Shown: positions 11,742-23,600 of the stretch, piece by piece | Layout: each line of letters starts with the position of its first letter | Numbering within the stretch: the first letter of the stretch is position 1 | Source: Eledone cirrhosa | Lineage: Eukaryota | Direction: 5' to 3' | DNA: 64,000 nt | Assembly (NCBI GenBank): GCA_964016885.1 | Contig: OZ024743.1 | Coordinates: forward strand, 172,174,001 to 172,238,000 | Made by a program: the position numbers and the translations under genes | The notes under the pieces: model-generated | What the model was told of the DNA's origin: nothing | Database searches by the model: none | Seen by the model: only the letters and a program-made list of their open reading frames with translations

Positions 11742-11860
11742 GCGTGGTGATAATGCCACACAAGGGCCAAGTGGGATGGTGGATCCACAGATGGCTATGT
11801 AAACATACATTCGCCAATCCTCGATAAGAGTGTTTAAATATCGAACATAAACAGTTCGAA
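11742..11860 (+). other. Candidate structured RNA upstream of the Dong-B ORF (also 21608-21725 and 56658-56792)
   Basis: Series of stems plus a loop-to-downstream pairing; several substitutions keep pairing through G-U. Confidence 0.42.
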
Positions 11861-11870
11861 TAACGGTGAA

Positions 11871-14800
11871 ATGGAGACTAGAACGTCATGTGACAGACTC
11901 TCACCCAACAGGTGCCCCCTGGCTCAGCAGCAGGAACCTGACTGTCAACCAAATACTGCTGATGTTGGAGGAAGAAGAAGAAGGAAAGGGGCCAGAACCA
12001 ACTGGACGAAAGAATTGAATAGAACTGTTATGCAATGCTACCTGAAAAGTAACCCCAAGGAGAGGGGCTACAGGAGACGGATGCATAACATCTGGAACGA
12101 GATTGGTTTATTTAAATTAGATGAACACAAATTGGCCGGGCAGGCTCGGGTAATAAGAACTAATGGGTGGATAAGCGAGCTGGAACTGGAGGAACTGAGC
12201 AGAGAGAATGGCTTGGAGATGGCGGGTGTAGTATGCCAGACAAGCGAGCCGGTGGGAAATGAAGGTGAGGAGGTCCTGAGAACGGAGAAACCACCCGAAG
12301 CAGACAATGATCTGAATACTGAGATAAATAATACCTGGAACAGAGATACGGCCACTGAGGAGATGAATGCTGACGGGCTAGGACAAGATTCGGTTGACAT
12401 CCTAAATTTAGTGGTAGATGAATTGAACAATGATAGTGGGAGACCTATGAACCTAAGATTTGTAGACAGGAAAAAGTTAAAAGAAACAACAGCTAAGGTA
12501 AACAAAGTCATCCCATACCTTGAGGCGAGGAGCCTTCACCAGTGCAACAATATCCTCAAAGCAACAGCAAATACGGTGAGGAAACTACTTGGTATAAAAG
12601 CGAGAGGAAACAACAGACAAGAAAGAGCAGAGCCGTGGTGGAAGAAGCGACTGAGTGGGCAAATCGGGGAAATGAGAAATGACATAGGAAAGCTTGAGTC
12701 ACTACTGAATGGGACACTAAAAAACATAGGCACTAAAAATAGACTGGAAATAAAATACAAAACTAGGAGTAAAAAGCTAAATATTATCATAGAGGAATTG
12801 AAGCAACGCATTGTAGCAAAGAGTGCCAAAATCAGGCGATACGAGAACAGAGTCAGTCAGTATAAACAGAACCGCATGTTCGACAACAACCAGAAGATGC
12901 TGTTTGGACAGCTTGAGGGGAAAGAAAGAGGCAACGACTTGATCCCTAGGGCGGAACAAACTAAAACATTCTGGAGAGGAATATGGGAGCAGGATGTTAG
13001 ACACAATGCCCAGGCAGGGTGGATTGAGACAGTACAGAGGGAGATCGGTGAGCAGGCACAACAACAAACTGATTTGAGTATCACAGTTGAAACTCTTAAG
13101 GGGCAGGCCAAAAAACTAACCAACTGGAAATCACCAGGCCCAGATGGTGTGCAGGGCTATTGGATTAAACATTTAACATCCCTCCACCCGAAGCTGACGG
13201 CCATGTTCAATGACTGCTTGGTGTCGGGTGAGGTGCCAGAGCGGTTGACAAAAGGTACCACAGTTCTGATAATGAAAGACCGAATCAAGGGTAATGATGT
13301 TACCAACTATAGACCTATCACATGTCTGCCCGTAATGTGGAAACTGTTGACGAGCATTGTGTCTGAGGAAATCTACCATCACCTCCACACAAACAACTTG
13401 TTACCGGACGAACAGAAAGGATGCCGAAAGAAGTCACGTGGTACAAAGGACCAGTTGCTTATTGATAAGATGGTAATGGGGAATTGCAGGAGGAGACACA
13501 CTGATCTTGCCATGGGATGGATAGACTACAGAAAGGCATTTGACATGGTGCCTCATTCCTGGATCACCAAAAGCCTGGAGATCTTCAGGGTGGCAGATAA
13601 CATCAGACAGTTGCTAGGCAGGAGTATGGGGTCCTGGGAGACAGAGTTGACATCAACTGGAGTATCCTTGGGAAGCGTGAAGATCAAGAGAGGTATCTTC
13701 CAGGGAGATAGCCTGTCCCCTCTGTTGTTTGTCCTTGCCCTGATGCCCTTGACCATTATGCTGCGAAAAGTGAGAGCAGGATACAAGTTGGGAAGGGGAG
13801 AGCTTACCATCAATCACCTCCTCTTCATGGACGATCTTAAGCTCTTCGGGAAAAGTGAGAATGGAGTTGGATGTGCTTGTTGACACTGTCCGTATTTTCA
13901 GCAGTGATATATGTATGCAGTTTGGTATTGGTAAATGTGGAGTCATTGTGATGAAGAGGGGTAGGTTGAGCAGAAGTAACGGGATCCAGACACCAACAGG
14001 TGAGATGATAAAGGAAATTGACTCTGAGGAAGGATACAAGTATTTGGGCGTTCTGGAGGCTGATGGCATAAAGAACAAAAAAATGAAGGAATTGTTAAGA
14101 ACTGAATACATTCGGAGAGTAAGGAGCGTATTGAAGTCACATCTGAACAGCAGAAATGCCATAAGCGCAGTAAATTCCCGAGCTGTGTCTATTATTAGGT
14201 ACAGTGCGGGAATTCTGAGATGGAATGTTGCTGAACAAAAAGAAATGGATAGGAAGACTAGGAAGCTATTGACTATCTACAACATGTTCCACAAGAGGAG
14301 TGATGTCGATAGACTCTACCTAAGGAGATCTGAGGGTGGAAGAGGTCTTATCAGCATAGAGGACTGTGTTCAGATGGAGAAAAACAACCTATACAAATAC
14401 GTGACCTATAGTAAGGAGCCAATGCTCAGAACTGTACTGAAGGAGGGGACAGTAGGCCAGGGGATGTCCAAGGAGGAAATAACATCAAGGAGGAAGAGCA
14501 GCCTTAAGGGAAAATCCCTTCATAGTACCTTCTTTGAGAAAACTGAATTTAGAGATCCACAGACATGGAACTGGTTGAGAAGAGGAGACCTCAAAAAGGC
14601 TACAGAAGGAATGCTAATGGCTGCGCAGGAGCAGGCCCTCAAAACGAAGTGGTTGAAGCACCATATCTACAAGGAGGAGGCTAGCCCACTGTGCAGGATC
14701 TGTGGAGAGAGAGGAGACTGTGGCTCACATTGTGTCCGAGTGTAAACACCTAGCCCAGACCCACTATAAGGGCTGGAGACACGATGTGATGGGCAGGGTG

Positions 14801-15262
14801 ATCCACTGGCACCTGTGCAAAGTAAACAATCTACCACATTCTGAGAAATGGTATGAGCATAGGCCAGAGGCGGTGATGGAGAACAGTCAGGTGAAGGTGC
14901 TGTGGGATTTTAGGATACAGACGGACAAAAAACTGGAACACAATAGACCTGACCTGGTGGTTGTGGACAAAGAAAAAAGATCGTGCCTGATTGTGGATGT
15001 GGCCTGCCCGTTCGACACGAGAGTGCAAGAGAAGGAGAGGGAGAAAATTAACCGATACCAGGACCTAAAGTGGGAGGTGAAAAGGATTTGGAACTGCCAT
15101 GAAGTCAAAGTGATCCCGATTGTCATAGGCGCACTGGGGACTATCTCCAAAAGTTTCCAGGGATGGTTAAAGAAAATCGACCCCTTCACGCTTTTTGGAA
15201 CGCTTCAAAAGGCATGCTTGCTTGGAACAGCAAGAACCCTCCGATACGTCCTGAATATCTGA
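11871..15262 (+). pseudogene. Dong-B polyprotein with frameshifts at ~13862 and ~14710
   Basis: ORFs 11871-13883, 13855-14745 and 14702-15262 join into one protein by comparison with B4; Myb-like N-terminus (NWTKELN..). Confidence 0.88.
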
Positions 15263-15336
15263 GGCTGCAGGTAGTGGCTTGATATTCAATCCAACGGACT
15301 TTCCAGTTAACCAACATCAATGACTGAGATTCAAGG

Positions 15337-15372
15337 AATAACAATAACAATAATAATATTAATAATAATAAT
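15337..15372 (+). repeat. Imperfect (AAT)n spacer
   Basis: Read directly. Confidence 0.95.
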
Positions 15373-18300
15373 GCTTTCTTTATTAACCACAAGGGTTTAC
15401 AAACAGTACAGGTCAATACAGGACGGCACAAATGGACATTTCTGCGTGTAAAAAACAAAAACAGAGGATGTAACAAAAAATAACAATGAAGAATTCCCCA
15501 ATAGGGGGGAGACTTCCGAGGGACATTTGTGGAGAAAGCCCATTAAAAGGCCACAGTGACCCTGACCACCAGGGCAAATGCCCTCTACCAGTTTTCCACT
15601 TTTAATTTACAGACACATACTCAGAGTATTATTCATTCGGGCCATTCTTGCTTCTCTCACCCATCTTTCAACAAAATGCTGGGAAGAGAGCACTTCCCTC
15701 TCTACCCTGATTTTCCTTTTCAAATGAAATTTGAAAAAGCTAATCAGGGCATCACCGAAGAGGTAAGTGCTCGTCTTCAGCCCTTTCAAACGTGTCCAAC
15801 ATACTATCTCTTTCGTCATGGCCACCAGACAGATAAAAACTGCCTGCCCTTCCCGGCTAAAGTAAGAGGGTGGGGCAGTGCTCACGGTGGATTCAGCTGA
15901 TAGCTGGATCCGTCCTACACGCGACAGCTGGTGTTCGACATAAACCCACAAGTCAGCAATGCTCGGACACTGGACGATTGCGTGCAGGACGGTTTCGTCG
16001 CCCTGCGCGCATCTTGGACATGCCTGGCTGACGGCACCTCCATGCCTGTAGAGTTTATCCCGAATTGGCAAAGCTCCTCGGTAGCACTGCCAGGCCAGGG
16101 ATTTCTGGAGGTTGTCCATAGGCCCCGGCCCGAAAGTTCTTCCGAAGACATTGGCTAGTTGATTTTCGTCGACTCCTAGAGGTTCCCCAAGTACGTCATC
16201 GCTCTTCCCCTCCACTAATCCTCTATAGAACGCCGAGGTGGAGTTTCCACCGATCACATTGACCGATTGGTCGAGGGCTGTGAGCGCCTGAAGACATTCC
16301 AATCACCAAACGCTCCCTCTCGGTCTTCGCTTGACTCAGGACTGCAGCTCCATCAAGGAGACGAGCTGGGGAAAGACGCGTCTAGCAAACGGCGACCACA
16401 CCTGATCACCGTCGAGGAAGAGGTGGAGATGTTAGGACAAGGTACTACGGTTAGGCAGTAGTAGATGACGGACGCGATGTACGCGTTAGCCACTTCCGCT
16501 CGACCTTTCAGGGATAGCTTCCTCCCCGCCCTGCTCGTTACCCTACCCGTCACTTCGTCCCAGTTTTTGTCCGTCTGGAGGTCCGGACCCCCAGCAATTT
16601 AACCGGTCCGTCCGTCTAGCGCCCGACGACGCTGTTGGACGACATGGACCTGCCTCTCCAGGTGCCGACTTTTCCAGGTTGATCATTGCTCCTGTCACCG
16701 CTTCGTATTCTTTTAGTGTAGTGCCGATCACCTCAATGTGTTTGGCGTTCGACACCACTACGGTGACATCGTCCGCATATGCTGACACGGATCTTCCGCA
16801 TCCTAGTTCGCGCGGGACCCTCCTCAACGTCTCCAATTTGTGCAGTTATGGCTCGAGAGTCAATACGTACAAGAGGGACGAGAGGGGACATCCTTGGCGG
16901 ACCGAGCGCATGATATTGAACGGTTCCGAAAGGTGACCGTTCACTCTCACCACAGAGCAGATGTCGTTGTGCATGGCAGTGATCCAGCTTCTGACGACGG
17001 GCCCAAAGCCAGCCACGCCTCGTCTAATATTCTAACTAGTTCTCCCTCTGCTCTATTTTTCTCTATAGCTAAAGCCTTACTAAACCTAATGGACTCTATT
17101 TTAATCGCTCTTTTCAGAGCAACCACCACTTGTTGTTGACGATGGCCCCCGTCAACGCTCATTTAACTAGTTCGCTAATCTTGTCGCTGTAGGCCTTGCG
17201 CGCTGGTAAGGATGCCTTTAGCTTCCAGTAGCCGGGTCCTCGTCTATCAAGCCTATCTAAGTCAAGCACACAGATCACGAATTTGTGGTCCGTGTAGCTG
17301 ACTATCTTGAATTGGGAACAGCCTATGCTAGAACTATCTATTTCCCTACAAAATACTCTATCTAGATATTATCTGGATGAGCCTATGCGATTTGTCCAAG
17401 TCCACATTGTCACATTCGGGAAATCCAATCGGTACATGTCAGACAGTTCAAAAGGCCTGAGCAGGTTGGTGAGGCTCTTGCACCCTCCTCTCCTATCCAC
17501 TAACCCCACACAGTCCTAACGTGCATCTAAGATCCCGTTCCAGTCGCCCACTAACACCAAAGAGCGGGACGTTCCAAGAAAGGTCTCCAGACGCCGGAAG
17601 ATATCAGGCCGCCCTGCTCTTTTCGGGACATAGACGGCCACTAGCCTGAAAGCTTGCCCTTCTCCGCTGGTCACGTGTCCAGCACCACCAACTTACCTTC
17701 TGGGTCCAGGAAGATGGCCCGTATGGCGAGATCCAAACCTCTCCGAAAAAGAACAGCAACTCCTCTCCCGACCCAGGACGGCTGGGAGATGCGTACACAT
17801 CGTAGCCGCCGAAGATCGGTGCGAAGGCCCGTGCTTCGGAGATTCTGGTCTCGCTGATGGCCACTACATCTATGTTTAGTGACCTGAGGTCGTTGAGCAG
17901 GTGGCCCTTCTTCCATGAAGACCCCAAGCCACGCGTATTTATGCTGCCTATTCTGAGTGAGATCATGTTGAAATGGAGTGGAAAAGATGTGAAAGACCAC
18001 TTACCTTACTTCTCGTAGAGGAAGGATGGTTTCTCCATCCCTTTTCACTTGATCGCCTGGTGAAGGGACCGTTGAATCGTCTCTTCGGCTGGTCGTCGGC
18101 TCTTCTGTGAGTATATCCGAATATACTCTCCAGTTGAGTGTCCGTCCTAGGTCTCTGAAATCACCAACTGCGTTGGGGAATTTCATTTTGATGTTTGTGT
18201 ATTGTTTCTGTGCTATTCTTACCAGTATTATGTTCGTCGGTGTTTTGATTGGTGCTGGTATTATGTAGTAGTGCTGTGAAATGTCTGTGTGTTCAATTAT

Positions 18301-19688
18301 GTAAGTCATTAGTTTCTTGTGTGTATTTATTGCTGTGCATTTCTTTTTCTGGAGGTGGGGTGTGGTTCTGCTATTTTCGTGTCGTTGTTGCTGGGTGTGT
18401 GTATTTTGTTGTTGTGTTTGCGATGTTGGTGCTTGTGTTGGTGGTGTTGAAGGTGTTGTTGTTGTTGGCGGTGGGGTTGCCGCCGGTGGTGATGGCGTTG
18501 GTGGTGTTGCTGCTGTAAATCTCTTTGCACTAGCCTTTACCCTTTTTTCATCCCCCCCCCCCATTTTTCGAAGGCGACGATGCGCTGCTTCTGCGTTTGT
18601 GCCTTCTTACAACCTTTTGTCATCCCTCTGCCACCTTACACTCCATGTCCGATTCTGTGAGGTTGGGGAGGGGGTACCAGCTCCACTCTTTCACTTGTTC
18701 TTGTTGGTGATGGTTGCAGTGGAGTCTCTGTTGCAGCTGCAGTTTGTATTACTCTTGTTGTTAATACTTCCACTGCTGTTCTTGATTTCTGTGGCGTGGG
18801 TATGGGTGCCACGGACCCATCCTTCCTGCTTTCCGCCTGTCCTGTTGCTGGTAGCAGTGGAGCCGGTTTCGGAAGGAGGGAGGTTTTCTTCTTTCTCAGG
18901 GTCTTCTCATCGCAGAAGGCCCTGAGGTGAGTCTTCGACCCACAGCGAAAGCATTTCGGGCGTTTGCCCTCAACACTTATGGAAGTTGAGTGTCATTATC
19001 GAAATCTATCACATGTGGGATAACTTCGATGCACTCCTGGTTGGTTTGAATTAACATCTCAATGGAGGTGCCGACCCAATCTTCTCGTACTTTTTTCTGT
19101 ACTTGCAGTACAGTTGTTTTGTCCTCGATTCCGACGAGGACAGACGCGGCCAGCCAAGAAGGGGCCATTCCGGGGGGGTACGTGGGTCAGTTTGATCCCC
19201 TCAATTTTTTGCCCGCAGTAGGAGGGCATCAACACCATTTCCTCGCTCCTTAGGGTCACTAAGGATTGAGCCTTTGCCTCCTGGGGTGTGGCAAAAAGCA
19301 CGTCCACGGTGGCATATTTCTTACCTCGGGCGATATGCGTTTTCCGCTGCTACACTGACCCTAAGGCTTTTTGTATTTGAGCCTCTGAGGCTCTTTCAAC
19401 CCTACGTGATTTTGTGCTTACTGTACGGTACGCGACCGTACAGTGCTGTTGGGTTTCGAAAAGTTTTTTGGCTGCCTTGCAGATTGCTCGGTGTCCGGTT
19501 TTCGTCACCATCTTCTTTGCTTCCTGTAATTCCTCATTTGTTATAAGGGTGGTTTCCAGGTTCTTTGCGATATCTGCAAACGAGATTGTTTTTTCTTTCT
19601 TGTTGTTGTTGTTGTTTTTATCGTCAGACTGCTGTTACTTTTGTTGTTGCTGCTAGTACTACGACCGCCGCTGCCGCTGTTGCTGTGG

Positions 19689-19719
<31 letters not shown>

Positions 19720-19725
19720 TGTTGT

Positions 19726-19756
<31 letters not shown>

Positions 19757-20346
19757 TCTGCTGCTGCTGATGTTGTTGCGGCTGCTACTAGTGTTTTCCT
19801 TGTCACTGGTGCTGCTGCTGCTGTTATTACGGCTGCTGCTGCTATTCTTCATGACGTCAGACGAATGAAATGGCTTTCCGTATTTACCGCACACATCTTT
19901 CGGTGTTGTCGTCGTTGTGGGGAAATGTTCCACGGAATGCACGTTCTCTTGGTGGAAGCTACTAGAAACTATATTTTTCTTTTTCTTTAATGGCGTCGCT
20001 TGCGAAAGAGGCGACACCACATTTAGAGAAGGGAGGGAGAGAGACAATCTTCTCTCTAATGAAGTGACGATTGAGGAAGAAGAGGACGGAAAGAGTGGGA
20101 GTGACTTGAGAAAATTATTTTTTGTAGCCATGTTTTTTTACGGTTTAAAATGAATATTGGGCACAAAACTTCAATAAGTGGTTATTTAACCCCGAAGGGC
20201 CAAATAACGGGCAGAAATACCCCACTCACGAAGAGGAGGGTCTTTTTATCTACAGTTTGGTTCAAGTTTTAAAAGATTTACAATTGTTATAGCGGTTAAA
20301 AATTACTATATCTTACAGAGCCGAGCCTCCGTCAACCATGGCATTC
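15373..20346 (-). mobile_element. Tx1 copy T2 (ORF1 type 1), both ends present, internally deleted and degenerate
   Basis: Same termini as T1; deletions near 16430, 16530 and 17015; ORF1 and ORF2 fragmented. Confidence 0.9.
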
Positions 20347-20364
20347 AATAATAATAATAATAAT

Positions 20365-20423
20365 TCTTTCTACTTTTGGCACAAGGCCAGCAATTATCCC
20401 AGTGCATTACTGGTACTTTATTT

Positions 20424-20426
<3 letters not shown>
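20365..20426 (-). mobile_element. SINE 3' fragment
   Basis: Matches the 3' part of the full SINE at 60234-60420. Confidence 0.82.
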
Positions 20427-20507
<81 letters not shown>

Positions 20508-20607
20508 TGTTTCTACGTTAGGCACAAGGCCAGCAATTAACCAGTGTATTACTGGTACTATATTTTGTCGACCCCGTAAGGATGAAAGGCAAATTAACCT
20601 CGGCGGG

Positions 20608-20609
<2 letters not shown>
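20508..20609 (-). mobile_element. SINE 3' fragment, truncated within the B box
   Basis: Matches ~60234-60337. Confidence 0.85.
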
Positions 20610-20666
<57 letters not shown>

Positions 20667-20679
20667 TATTATTATTATT

Positions 20680-23600
20680 CACGAGGTGACGGAGGTCATG
20701 AAATCGCTCCCGTAAGTTTTGAATGTTTTACATATTTAAATCATTTGTGAAATAACAACTCTTAGTACAAATGCTACGTAAAGCACGCGGCTTGAGCCCC
20801 AAAAAATTCGCACCCAAAATATATTGTTATAAGGCTCAAATATTCAAATATTCAACTTTGTATTGTACACTGTATATCCAAAAAAGAAAATGGCTATAAA
20901 TGGAAGAAGAACCCCCCCCCCCTCCTCTCCTCTGTCTACACTATATAGGACAGCCAAACTCACCAACAGCAGAAACTAGATACACCACCCACCCCATCAT
21001 GTGTGTACACTAAACACAACAGCCAGATAACGGCATTTTCAACCGCTCACTACGGCCATCATTATCACCATTATCCCATCACCGCCGCCACCACCCCTTC
21101 ACTCCTTCACTGCTGCCACCGCTACAGCACCATCACTACAGTAATACGGTCACATCACCGCCACCACTGCCTCGGTATCGACATCACCACCACCACTGTC
21201 TCAGTATCGCCACCGCCGCCAGTCTCCCACTTCTCCCTGCTGGCTGCTACTTCCACATTATAGAATTCCTACTACTAACAAAGAGGAAGGCATCAAAATA
21301 TATAGATAGACTCAAAAGAAAAAAGAAAAAACAAACAACAAAACCAAAGCAACACAGCAACAACAGCAAAAACGAGAAAAACAAACAGAAAAACAAAAAA
21401 AAAAAAAAAAACCCAAAAAAACGTAAAGAAAATAAGAATGAAGAGAGAAGCAGGCGGACGGACAGAGAAGAGGGGGTAAAAACTAAAACTTAAAAAACAA
21501 AAACTAAGTCAGACATTCGAACATTACATTACAATGAAACTTATGCTTATTCATTTTTGGGGCCCTTTCTGCCTGTGTGTTTGTTTGTTTATGTGTGTTC
21601 GTATACAGCGTGGTGATAATGCCACACAAGAGCCAAGTGGAATGGCGGATCCACAGATGGATATGTAACCATACATTCGCCAATCCTCGATAAGAGTGTT
21701 AAATATCGAACATAAACAGTTCGAATAACGGTGAAATGGAGACTAGAACGTCATGTGACAGACTCTCACCCAACAGGTGCCCCCTGGCTCAGCAGCAGGA
21801 ACCTGACTGTCAACCAAATACTGCTGATGTTGGAGGAAGGAGAAGAAGGAAAGGGGCCAGAACCAACTGGACGAAAGAATTGAATAGAACTGTTATGCAA
21901 TGTTACCTGAAAAGTAACCCCAAGGAGAGGGGCTACAGGAGACGGATGCATAACATCTGGAACGAGATTGGTTTATTTAAATTAGATGAACAAAAATTGG
22001 CCGGGCAGGCTCGGGTAATAAGAACTAATGGATGGATAAGCGAGCTGGAACTGGAGGAACTGAGCAGAGAGAATGGCTTGGAGATGGCGGGTGTAGTATG
22101 CCAGACAAGCGAGCCAGTGGGAAATGAAGGTGAAGAGGTCCTGAGAACGGAGGAACCACCCGAAGCAGACAATGATCTGAATACTGAGATAAATAATACC
22201 TGGAACAGAGATACGGCCACTGAGGAGATGAATGCTGACGGGCTAGGACAAGATTCGGTTGACATCCTAAATTTAGTGGTAGATGAATTGAACAATGATA
22301 GTGAGAGACCTATGAACCTAAGATTTGTAGACAGGAAAAAGTTAAAAGAAAAAACAGCTAAGGTAAACAAAGTCATCCTATACCTTGAGGCGAGGAGCCT
22401 TCACCAGTGCAACAATATCCTCAAAGCAACAGCAAATACGGTGAGGAAACTACTTGGTATAAAAGCGAGAGAAAACAACAGACAAGAAAGAGCAGAGCCG
22501 TGGTGGAAGAAACGACTGAGTGGGCAAATCGGGGAAATGAGAAATGACGTAGGAAAGCTTGAGTCACTACTGAATGGGACACTAAAAAACATAGGCACTA
22601 AAAATAGACTGGAAATAAAATACAAAACTAGGAGGAAAAAGCTAAATATTATCATAGAGGAACTGAAGCAACGCTTTGTAGCAAAGAGTGCAAAAATCAG
22701 GCGATACGAGAACAGAGTCAGTCAGTATAAACAGAACCGCATGTTCGACAACAACCAGAAGATGCTGTTTGGACAGCTTGAGGGGAAAGAAAGAGGCAAC
22801 GACTTGATCCCTGGGGCGGAGCAAACTAAAACATTCTGGAGAGGAATATGGGAGCAGGATGTTAGAGACAATGCCCAGGCAGGGTGGATTGAGACAGTAC
22901 AGAGGGAGATCGGTGAGCAGGCACAATAACAAACTGATTTGAGTATCACAGTTGAAACTCTTAAGGGGCAGGCCAAAAAACTAACCAACTGGAAATCACC
23001 AGGCCCAGATGGTGTGCAGGGGTATTGGATTAAACATGTAACATCCCTCCACCCGAAGCTGACGGCCATGTTCAATGACTGCTTGGTGTCGGGTGAGGTG
23101 CCAGAGTGGTTGACAAAAGGTACCACAGTTCTGATAATGAAAGACCGAATCAAGGGTAATGATGTTAGCAACTATAGACCTCTCACATGTCTGTCCGTAA
23201 TGTGGAAACTGTTGACGAGCATTGTGTCTGAGGAAATCTACCATCACCTCCACACAAACAACTTGTTACCGGACGAACAGAAAGGATGCCGAAAGAAGTC
23301 ACGTGGTACAAAGGACCAGTTACTTATTGATAAGATGGTAATGGGGAATTGCAGGAGGAGACACACTGATCTTGCCATGGGATGGATAGACTACAGAAAG
23401 GCATTTGACATGGTGCCTCATTCCTGGATCACCAAAAGCCTGGAGATCTTCAGGGTGGCAGATAACATCAGACAGTTGCTAGGCAGGAGTATGGGTCCTG
23501 GGAGACAGAGTTGACATCAACTGGAGTATCCTTGGGAAGCGTGAAGATCAAGAGAGGTATCTTCCAGGGAGATAGCCTGTCCCCTCTGTTGTTTGTCCTT

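Larger units (their letters stand above)
10938..15336 (+). mobile_element. R4/Dong-clade family B copy B1, near full-length
   Basis: Leader matches B2 from ~140 nt in; RT (FMDD), CCHC (CRIC..HIVSEC), RLE (RHD, RPD, KINRY); ~75 nt 3' UTR and AAT/AAC tail. Confidence 0.92.
20347..20679 (+). repeat. (AAT)n tracts interrupted by two SINE fragments, ending in an inverted (ATT)4
   Basis: Read directly. Confidence 0.93.

Noticed and set aside
11831-11859. H-type pseudoknot TGTTTA/TAAACA plus TCGAAC/GTTCGA
   Set aside because: Loop 3 would be 0 nt, so both full stems cannot coexist; at most alternative pairings
20338-20715. Poly-Ile/Asn/Leu/Tyr ORFs that look like membrane proteins
   Set aside because: They are translations of (AAT)n tracts
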